This document shows positions 56,882-64,000 of a DNA stretch of 64,000 nucleotides, in pieces. The first letter of the stretch is position 1. Every line of letters starts with the position of its first letter. Origin of the DNA: an uncultured Clostridia bacterium (GTDB taxonomy: Bacteria; Bacillota; Clostridia; Christensenellales; UBA1242). The stretch spans positions 1,505-65,504 of the forward strand of contig CANQUB010000002.1 of assembly GCA_947626955.1 (NCBI GenBank), written 5' to 3'. Both the position numbers and the translations under genes were made by a program. The notes under the pieces were generated by a model. It saw only the letters and a list, made by a program, of their open reading frames with translations. It was not told where the DNA came from and did no database searches.

Positions 56882-57448
56882 ATGACAAAAGATATTTTGT
56901 TACTGACAGCCACCATGCTTAACCTCGACGACGTTATAACTCATCTGTCTAGCGAGGACATGGAGGCCAGCGAAGACACTAAAAAGACCGAAGGCGAGCT
57001 TATTGCCTACCTAAACTACGTGCTCTCTTCAATCACAAAAGAATACATGACACTAGAGACCATAGAAAGAGTGACTTCGGACGCCGAGTGCCAAATTGCA
57101 TATGAAAAGCTTTCAAAGTCGGCCGTATCAATTTCTAAGGTCATCCTCTGCGGTTCATCGGTCACCTTCAACCTTTATCCCGAGTATATAAAGGTGGGCA
57201 GGCCTAACCAGGAGTATGAAGTGCTTTACTACTACACGCCAAACAAGGTTAAAGAGCTTTCGGACAAGGTGGAGATGCCTCTTGGGCTCAGTGACTTTGT
57301 GCTCTGCTACGGAATTGCCAGCGAATATGCTCTCTCAAAACTTCTATACGACGAGGCTGCCATGTGGCAAGCAAAGTTTGTAAACTCACTTGAAAAAGCA
57401 AAGCTTAAGGGCAAAGAGAAAAGGTTTTATGCGAGGAAACTCAAATGA
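56882..57448 (+). CDS. hypothetical phage protein (188 aa; head-completion/adaptor position)
   Basis: ORF with GAGGAA RBS, lying 2 nt after the previous stop. Confidence 0.55.
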   Translation: MTKDILLLTATMLNLDDVITHLSSEDMEASEDTKKTEGELIAYLNYVLSSITKEYMTLETIERVTSDAECQIAYEKLSKSAVSISKVILCGSSVTFNLYPEYIKVGRPNQEYEVLYYYTPNKVKELSDKVEMPLGLSDFVLCYGIASEYALSKLLYDEAAMWQAKFVNSLEKAKLKGKEKRFYARKLK

Positions 57449-58941
57449 AGATTAACTATCCGTCTCAAAGCAAACTCACCATAAAGATAGACAATTTTGC
57501 AAACGGCCTCAATACCAAATATGACCAAAACCATTCCCAAATAAATGTGAGCGAAACCCTCAAAAACTTCGCCTACGACAGGGGAGCACTGGTAAGCGGT
57601 ATTGGTTTTGATAGCCTTTCAAGCCACCTGGCTAGTAGCGCACAGGCCGAAATTCTTGACCGAGACCTTGCCACCATTGGCAGCATTGAAAGAATTTTTC
57701 ACTTCTATAAATACGATGAAGAGGAAGGGATGAGGAAGGACAAATTGATATTCGTCAGTTCTAATTATCAGCTCTATTACATCAACCTCTACAGCGAGGA
57801 CAAGAGCGTGAACATGATACGAAACATCAAGTTTACGTCGTTGCCACAGGCGGTCAGGTATAGGCTAAATGGCGAGGACGTCATAATTTTCACCAGCCCA
57901 ACCGACAACATGGTGGTGTGGAATGGGGTAGATGAGCCCTACGATGTCTTAGACGCTCCACGAATTTCTTCCATGTGCCTTCATTATGAAAGGCTTTTTG
58001 CCACGGTTGACGGCGAGCAAAATGCCGTTTGGTTTTCAGACGACCTCGACCCAACCAACTGGAGCTTGAACCTAGAAGAGGCCGGTTTCATTGAGCTTAT
58101 CGATGAGCGTGGTGCTCTTAAAAAGGTGGTATCTTTTGGCGACTATGTCTATATCTTCCGCGAATATGGTATTTCTCGCCTCACTGCCTTTGCAAGCCAA
58201 AGTGAGTTTTCGGTGAGCAACCTCTTTGTGTCCAGCGGAAAAATTTACACCAACTCGGTCAGCGTTTGTGGGGATAGAATAATCTTCATGGCTGAAGATG
58301 GGATGTATGCCTTTGACGGTCTGACCACCACAAAAATACTTGAAGAGATAAGCCATGGCCTTGTTGGCCAAAACAATGATGACTGCTCGGCCTGCTACTA
58401 TAATGGCAACTACTATCTGTCCTGCAAATTCCTGTTCGGCGACGATGACGACAACTGCAAGAATAATTTTGTGGCCAATTCTATTCTTGAAATAGACGCC
58501 ACTACATGTAAGTTAAAAAGCCTTACTCACGGACTAAATATAAAATATATTTCGGCCATGACTGGCAACTTTCCCGGCGTCGTAGCCCTTGTAAGCCCAA
58601 ACGAAAAAAACGCATTTTTGCCCACATTTATATGTAAAAATGGACAATATTTGGGCAAAACACTAGAAAAAGTTTGGAAATCGCCATTTACAATACTGAC
58701 AAACGGTATGGAAAAAAAGACGCTAAGAAAGCTATCGGTTAGCACTCTTGGCGACATAAAAATAAAAATTTTTCATGACGACAAGCAACATGAATACGCC
58801 ATTAAAGGTTCAAAAAAACCAACCATACTTAGACTAAACATTGGCCTAGACAACTTTGCTTTTGCCATTATTTCGTGCGACCAACTTTGCCAAATTGACC
58901 GAATCATGTTTGAATTTTCGGTAGCGAAAACCATTTATTAG
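57445..58941 (+). CDS. hypothetical phage structural protein (498 aa, propeller-like beta repeats)
   Basis: ATGA overlap with the upstream gene. Recurrent strand-pair pattern (LIFVSSNYQLYYI, VIIFTSPTDNMVVWNG, RLFATVDGEQNAVWFSD, YVYIFREYGISRL, RIIFMAEDGMYAFDG). Confidence 0.6.
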   Translation: MKINYPSQSKLTIKIDNFANGLNTKYDQNHSQINVSETLKNFAYDRGALVSGIGFDSLSSHLASSAQAEILDRDLATIGSIERIFHFYKYDEEEGMRKDKLIFVSSNYQLYYINLYSEDKSVNMIRNIKFTSLPQAVRYRLNGEDVIIFTSPTDNMVVWNGVDEPYDVLDAPRISSMCLHYERLFATVDGEQNAVWFSDDLDPTNWSLNLEEAGFIELIDERGALKKVVSFGDYVYIFREYGISRLTAFASQSEFSVSNLFVSSGKIYTNSVSVCGDRIIFMAEDGMYAFDGLTTTKILEEISHGLVGQNNDDCSACYYNGNYYLSCKFLFGDDDDNCKNNFVANSILEIDATTCKLKSLTHGLNIKYISAMTGNFPGVVALVSPNEKNAFLPTFICKNGQYLGKTLEKVWKSPFTILTNGMEKKTLRKLSVSTLGDIKIKIFHDDKQHEYAIKGSKKPTILRLNIGLDNFAFAIISCDQLCQIDRIMFEFSVAKTIY

Positions 58942-58949
58942 GAGGCATT

Positions 58950-61337
58950 ATGAACTACGGAAAAAGTGCATATATAAAAGTTGTCGATCTTGAGCAACGC
59001 CTAATGGGACTATCTACAAATAGTTCAAGCTATGAAAACTATCTTGAAATAAGCAAGCCAAGTATCAATCAATCTTTTTCTAAGGGCTACAATCTTTCGG
59101 TCGACTTTCCGCCTTTTGACACAAAGGAAGGAAAGAACCTTTGCTTTCAAATTAGTGCCAGCCTAAGCCTGCCATCTGCCACAAATATTTCAATTGACCT
59201 TAGTGTCAATGGCTCAATTATCCACAGTGAAAAAAGGTCTCTTGCCACAAGTGGGGACATATTGGTCTTTAAGACTTTTACGCCACTGGCCGACGGTGAC
59301 CTTTCGTTAAATATAACTTTCGCCACCCAAGATAATGTCGTGGCTACTCTTAAAAGTATTTCGGCGGTGGTGCTTGGAGCATCGGGCAGCAACATTTCAA
59401 GCGACATTGAACTGCGTGCTCTAAAGACCGGCGACAATATTCTTATTTCGTATGTCGACGACAACAAGCTCTATAAAGCCACCGTACCAGCCCTCGACAC
59501 CAGCCTTAAAGCCGACGACTTTACCTATGTTGATGTTGCCATAAGCCACTGCTACTCAACAAAGTCTTTCGAGGATGACGAGCTAAATTTATATGAGGTC
59601 GATACCAACGGCAAGTTATATTTAAGCAGCGGACAAAATAAAACCATGATTGCTGAAGATGTGTTAAAAGTCTTTGCCTGTCCGTGCCCAAGCGGTGGGG
59701 ACTATTCGAACATTGTGGTATATGTCAAGACAAACGGCCTATGCTACTACAAGATGGTTGAAGGCACCAAGTTTACCACCGAAACTGAGTTCAATTTTCC
59801 AAGTGGGGACTATGTCGACATCTTAGCGGTGTCTAGAAGTGACTCAAAATACATCTATGTCGTGGCCAGTCACAAAAATGGCTCTAACTACATTGCCAAA
59901 TCTCTCATTGATGTGGCAACTGGCAAGACCATAGAAAATTTGCAAATATCCTATTTTGTGCAAGCGGTAAAGTATATCGACATTTCCTTTTGCAAAAATA
60001 TCGAAAACATCAAGCTTGACGTGGTGTTTGAGATTACCAGTGAAAACATTTTAAATAAGCTTTTTGACGAGAATTCATTTGCCACCATAAAAAGCACCAT
60101 GTCATTCACTGAAAAGAAATACACCATCGTTCAGCCGGTCACTTATGGTGTGCTTATCGACCCTTCAAATCCAGATAACAACACTTGGGTAAGCTACTGC
60201 GACGACTCGCAAAACTACGAGCCTGCCACTTACGATCCTGTCAATAAAATCTTTAACGACAATGGTTGGCTTGATCGTTGGCCAATTTCAGAGATTCGGC
60301 CATGCCTAGTTAAAGACGGCGAGGTTGTTGGATACTTAGACAAGAATGATTACACGCTCTTTGAGGACGGCACGCCAAGCGAAATCACAAAAAAAGCCAG
60401 TGGCAATGTCATGGTTGAATTTCCCGAAATATATTATAAGATTAGCAAAGTTGACGGCAAGATTAAGCTAAATATTTCCAACTTTGAACAAGAGGGTTTT
60501 AACAACGACGCCTACTTTTTCAATGGCAAGGAGCATGACAAATTTTATGTGGCAGCCTACCTTTGTGCAGGTTCAGACGTCCTTTACTATGGTTTAAGCT
60601 GTTACTCGGGTAGATATGTAAACGCATCATATGCTTTGAGTTATAAAAGCGTATATAACTTATATTTTGAAAGCAGTCTCGACCCTGAACAATATATAAT
60701 AGGCATGCCATACCACTTTTGCAACACACTTTCATGTCTTTATTCCATCATGTTCAAAACTACTAAATCAATAGACGTCATGGGAGTGGGGGCGAGCTCG
60801 TACAATGGTTCATATAAAACCGGTGTTTATGACAAAATGGGACTATTTTATGGCACTAGCAAAGTCCGGTCTTATCCAAAATTGTTTGGGCTAGAGGCTT
60901 TGTATGGAATACGCGAAACGGCCGTGCCGGGAATTTGGATGGATACCGACTATAAACTTCATTTTGCCGATCCAAAAACCAATCCCAATATTAAATACAC
61001 CCCAACCGAAACGCTTGATTATCCTACTTTTGATAAAGACTTTGTGCCGGCAAATACCGATGCTTCAACATATGTTGCCCTAGATATTAACGGATACAAC
61101 GAAACTGGTTTTTTCCATATGGGAACTCCAAACGACAAATGGTCTTATGACTCTACAAAAGGCTTTTGTTGTCAATCAAGCCAAAAAACTTCTGATAATG
61201 GCGGATACATGACCTTTGGCCTTTCGCCTAACTCTGCTCAAAAACATTCGGGCATGTTCTGTCAAATGTTACGAAATCTTGATCAAGCCCAAAGTCCGGC
61301 CGAAAATATCCGTTTTGCAATGTATCCAAAAACTTAG
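58950..61337 (+). CDS. hypothetical phage structural protein (795 aa; candidate fibre/receptor-binding protein)
   Basis: AGGAGG RBS, beta-rich. The C-terminal half is Y/N/G/C-rich, and a segment (KLFGLEALYGIRETAVPGIWMD) weakly recalls the G-x-E-N-x-W-G-N-x-W tail-fibre tip motif. Confidence 0.55.
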   Translation: MNYGKSAYIKVVDLEQRLMGLSTNSSSYENYLEISKPSINQSFSKGYNLSVDFPPFDTKEGKNLCFQISASLSLPSATNISIDLSVNGSIIHSEKRSLATSGDILVFKTFTPLADGDLSLNITFATQDNVVATLKSISAVVLGASGSNISSDIELRALKTGDNILISYVDDNKLYKATVPALDTSLKADDFTYVDVAISHCYSTKSFEDDELNLYEVDTNGKLYLSSGQNKTMIAEDVLKVFACPCPSGGDYSNIVVYVKTNGLCYYKMVEGTKFTTETEFNFPSGDYVDILAVSRSDSKYIYVVASHKNGSNYIAKSLIDVATGKTIENLQISYFVQAVKYIDISFCKNIENIKLDVVFEITSENILNKLFDENSFATIKSTMSFTEKKYTIVQPVTYGVLIDPSNPDNNTWVSYCDDSQNYEPATYDPVNKIFNDNGWLDRWPISEIRPCLVKDGEVVGYLDKNDYTLFEDGTPSEITKKASGNVMVEFPEIYYKISKVDGKIKLNISNFEQEGFNNDAYFFNGKEHDKFYVAAYLCAGSDVLYYGLSCYSGRYVNASYALSYKSVYNLYFESSLDPEQYIIGMPYHFCNTLSCLYSIMFKTTKSIDVMGVGASSYNGSYKTGVYDKMGLFYGTSKVRSYPKLFGLEALYGIRETAVPGIWMDTDYKLHFADPKTNPNIKYTPTETLDYPTFDKDFVPANTDASTYVALDINGYNETGFFHMGTPNDKWSYDSTKGFCCQSSQKTSDNGGYMTFGLSPNSAQKHSGMFCQMLRNLDQAQSPAENIRFAMYPKT

Positions 61338-61348
61338 TAGGAGGAAAT

Positions 61349-63421
61349 ATGAATATTAGATTACACAACAAATTTGAAATTTTATATAACAACAAAACCA
61401 TAACGGCCTACAACACTCTTTTAAACACCGTTTTTGACAAGATTGGCAGCCTTAGTCAGTACACATCGCACCTAGCTCTCGGCCTTGGCAAGGAGCAACG
61501 TTTACCAACCGACAGCAAGCTTGGTCAATATGCTTTAAGTTTTGAGTGCACCACCGAAGAGATACAAAGCGACGTTACCAAAGACACGCTCTACATCAAA
61601 AAATCGGTGGTAATACCCGAAAATAATGAGACCGAATTCAGCTTTTGCGAACTTGGGCTGACCGATAGCGGCGACTTTGACCCCGTCATTTACAACCATG
61701 TACTTTTAAAAGACACAGCCGGGCAGGTGGTCACCATCAATCGCAAAAAAGGCGAGGCACTCGAAATTAAGGTTACTATTTACCTTGAACTATCAACCAC
61801 GGGCAAGGGGCTGTTTATTAAAGGGGAAAACAATTTAATAAAACAAATTCTTGGCGAAAAACTTGAACTTTCAGACACGAACTTGTACGCTTGCCGAGGA
61901 GAAAATCTGACCGGCAACGAATATACCACTCGTGTGCTGCCAAAGATGGACAATGCCGTGGTTTGCGACAAAGAAATAACCAAGACCGACAGCGGCCTAG
62001 ATATCACATTTAAGGCCGACATGGGAGTGGGGGTTACCGAGGAATTGGTGCTGGTTTATGGCAATCAATCGGTACTTAGGATAAACACCCTTGAAACCAA
62101 AGCCCCCAAAAGCGTTACAACCACATTAACTTCGCTAAACGGAAATGTGCTTGAACTTGGTGAAAACGTCAAGGAAGTGACCAGCGTTAAGTGCGGTGAA
62201 GAGGCCGAGACAAGTTATACTTTGACAAGATATGCCTCAAAACTAACCGACAAGATCGAAAACCTCTTTGATCAGCCATTCACATCATCTACCAAGAGAT
62301 ATGTCTCTCGTGACCAAAGCATGATTGCCTTTATATACCAGTCGCAGGTGCACCTCTACAGGGCAACCGGCTATGGCTTTGAAAAGCTCAACACCACACA
62401 AATGCCAGCTAGCGACATTATGAAAATGTTTATATTTAGCAACAAAATTCTTATGCTTATGACCACCAGTCCATACTTTCGCATATTCGATATTGATGGC
62501 AACAACGTTATAAGCCGTGGGGTGGACCTGACCTTTTATCAAACCTCAATCTACCCGTATTCTTGGATAGATGCCGATGCCACAGTCTGCGATGACGGCA
62601 AGATTATCCTTGGCCTTATCATAAACAACGAGGAGCACACTCCGGTTATAATGCGTTTCAACCAAAACGTGAACACCACATACTACGACAGCATTGAAAA
62701 GCCAAAGTCGGTAGGAGCACTAAAGGTATTTGCTCTTGGCAAAACACCGTATAATGAGCCACTTGTGGCCTTTGTCACCGACAACTACCTTGGTGAAGAA
62801 CTCTATGCCATCGAAGAATTTTTTGAATCTTCTTCAGCTCTTGGCGACAGCGAAAAGGCCTACACTCTTGTCAATGATTCGCTAGAAATAAAGGCAGCCG
62901 GGAGAGCAGTGATGAGCCAGTACGAGCTTTCGCCCTATCTTCGCGTATATTACTTTCCAACTCTTATAGAGTCGCCCACCCATCTTTCGACGGGCAAAAA
63001 GCACTATGTGTCAGGGGACGGAAACTATATAATCGCCGTGGGGCAAGATGATGACTTTAAAATTTATAACTTCCATAATCCATCCGCACTTGAAGAGTTC
63101 GCAGGCGGCTTTCCTGAGTTTTTCAATAAAGTGGACGCTAAGGACTTTGAGTTCGTTGGCCATATGCTGCTAGTCTTCACACTTAGCTCTGTATATGGAA
63201 TAGTTTTGAAGGAGTCTATGATAAGGCTAGACAATGTGAAAAATAGCCAGGCCAGTTATGATGTGGAGATGAAAACCTACGATCTGCTTGGATCAAAAGA
63301 GCTTGAAGGGGTGAGGTTAGAGCTTAAACTGACCTTTGCTGATGACACAAAGCCAAGGGCGGCTAAGGCCATGTACTTTACAAAATATTCGTCGCTAGGC
63401 GACGAAAGGGTGGAAAACTAA
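61349..63421 (+). CDS. hypothetical phage structural protein (690 aa, propeller-like C-terminal half)
   Basis: AGGAGG RBS. Recurrent strand pairs (MIAFIYQSQVHLYRATG, KILMLMTTSPYFRIFDIDG, KIILGLIINNEEHTPVIMRF, NYIIAVGQDDDFKIYNF). Confidence 0.55.
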   Translation: MNIRLHNKFEILYNNKTITAYNTLLNTVFDKIGSLSQYTSHLALGLGKEQRLPTDSKLGQYALSFECTTEEIQSDVTKDTLYIKKSVVIPENNETEFSFCELGLTDSGDFDPVIYNHVLLKDTAGQVVTINRKKGEALEIKVTIYLELSTTGKGLFIKGENNLIKQILGEKLELSDTNLYACRGENLTGNEYTTRVLPKMDNAVVCDKEITKTDSGLDITFKADMGVGVTEELVLVYGNQSVLRINTLETKAPKSVTTTLTSLNGNVLELGENVKEVTSVKCGEEAETSYTLTRYASKLTDKIENLFDQPFTSSTKRYVSRDQSMIAFIYQSQVHLYRATGYGFEKLNTTQMPASDIMKMFIFSNKILMLMTTSPYFRIFDIDGNNVISRGVDLTFYQTSIYPYSWIDADATVCDDGKIILGLIINNEEHTPVIMRFNQNVNTTYYDSIEKPKSVGALKVFALGKTPYNEPLVAFVTDNYLGEELYAIEEFFESSSALGDSEKAYTLVNDSLEIKAAGRAVMSQYELSPYLRVYYFPTLIESPTHLSTGKKHYVSGDGNYIIAVGQDDDFKIYNFHNPSALEEFAGGFPEFFNKVDAKDFEFVGHMLLVFTLSSVYGIVLKESMIRLDNVKNSQASYDVEMKTYDLLGSKELEGVRLELKLTFADDTKPRAAKAMYFTKYSSLGDERVEN

Positions 63422-63666
63422 TGCTGTTTAGTAGCCGCCTTGCAAAGTTTGGAAAGGGCGAAAACCTCTCGGCCATCATGTTTAGCCCTGACCTTCTTTC
63501 AATATATTATTTTGAAAAGGGCATAACAAGAAAGGACGTGCACCTTGACACCATGACCCTCGAAAGAGTGAAAGTCAACCTTCCATACCGCGAAGTTATA
63601 CCTGTTGACCAAAACACTTTTGTTACAAGACTTGACAAATCCATAGGAGTTAAAAATGAGCAGTAG
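63421..63666 (+). CDS. hypothetical phage protein (81 aa)
   Basis: TAATG overlap with the upstream gene. Confidence 0.45.
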   Translation: MLFSSRLAKFGKGENLSAIMFSPDLLSIYYFEKGITRKDVHLDTMTLERVKVNLPYREVIPVDQNTFVTRLDKSIGVKNEQ

Positions 63667-63754
63667 TAAACCAAAAAACGCAAAATTGTATATCGAAGAG
63701 TTGAAAAACAACCTCAAAATAGCCAAAATAACCAATAAAAATCTTTTTAGATAA
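63656..63754 (+). CDS. possible small ORF (32 aa, MSSSKPKNAKLYIEELKNNLKIAKITNKNLFR)
   Basis: ATG at 63656 preceded by GGAG, and it fills the gap before the next gene. It is too short to support further. Confidence 0.25.
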   Translation: MSSSKPKNAKLYIEELKNNLKIAKITNKNLFR

Positions 63755-63764
63755 AGGAGAACAA

Positions 63765-64000
63765 ATGGCAAACACTTCTAAAATTTCAGAAAACAAAAAG
63801 CATCTAACCGCCGAAGAGGTGGAGGATGTTTTAAAAGACATTGAGAGAAAATATTCCTTCAATGACTATGTCGACGCACCCGACTCGCTAAATCTTGATA
63901 AGGTCGAAGTACCAAACAAAACCGACGAAGAGATTATTGGAGCAGTGAAAAATTCGCTTACAGACAAGTATTCTAAGAAAAAAGAAACCACCGACCAAAG
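63765..64000 (+). CDS. 5' part of a further phage gene (runs off the window)
   Basis: AAAGGAGAA RBS lies 5 nt upstream of ATG 63765. The frame is open to the window end (MANTSKISENKKHLTAEEVEDVLKDIERKYSF...). Confidence 0.5.
   Translation, partial: MANTSKISENKKHLTAEEVEDVLKDIERKYSFNDYVDAPDSLNLDKVEVPNKTDEEIIGAVKNSLTDKYSKKKETTDQ

Larger units (their letters stand above)
50581..64000 (+). mobile_element. phage-type head-morphogenesis and structural gene block (prophage or phage-derived element; right end beyond the window)
   Basis: Co-directional, tightly packed genes with strong RBSs in the order TerL, two small genes, portal, scaffold, major capsid, strong terminator, then large beta-rich proteins. 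No integrase, repressor or replication genes lie in the window. Confidence 0.8.

Noticed and set aside
60900-61337. C-terminus of the 795-aa phage protein as a diversity-generating-retroelement variable region.
   Set aside because: No reverse transcriptase gene and no template-repeat copy of this segment were seen anywhere in the window. The lectin-like resemblance is weak.

Overview
The window reads as a compact low-GC Gram-positive, Clostridia-like chromosome segment. That placement is inferred from a T-box leader, near-consensus sigma-A promoters, strong Shine-Dalgarno sites and a PdaB-like sporulation deacetylase. No rRNA, tRNA, CRISPR array, transposase or integrase was seen. All family calls come from motifs read by eye; no database search was possible.

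It has three parts.

(1) 1-25.7 kb, mostly housekeeping:
- T-box-controlled pheS-pheT.
- A pyrimidine-nucleoside-phosphorylase homologue with degenerate phosphate-binding loops, followed by deoC.
- tsaE-tsaB-rimI and an alpha/beta hydrolase.
- A MurF-like ligase whose N-terminal domain is replaced by a polytopic membrane domain, followed by ddl.
- A WYL regulator.
- An operon of a disordered protein, an internally duplicated DUF1538-like membrane protein and two PII-like proteins.
- murG.
- A type IIA topoisomerase pair that looks like parE/parC rather than gyrB/gyrA.
- A K/E-rich membrane-anchored protein, a NodB deacetylase and a tandem-OB SSB-like protein.

(2) 25.7-50.4 kb, the most unusual part:
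- A minus-strand, translationally coupled operon is dominated by one uninterrupted 19,479-nt ORF (6,492 aa). The protein has a lipobox-like N-terminus, many degenerate Listeria-Bacteroides-type repeat motifs, a unique His-rich C-terminal module and a C-terminal hydrophobic helix.
- It is followed by a propeller-like/SH3b/TM protein and an M16 metallopeptidase.
- The locus is bracketed on the other side by a divergent sigma-70-region-4-like regulator and a second SH3b/TM protein.

(3) 50.6-64 kb, a phage-type morphogenesis block:
- It encodes TerL, portal, scaffold and major capsid, then large beta-rich proteins with no recognisable tape-measure, tube or sheath.
- It starts abruptly behind a palindromic AAAAACGCAA motif cluster and runs off the window.
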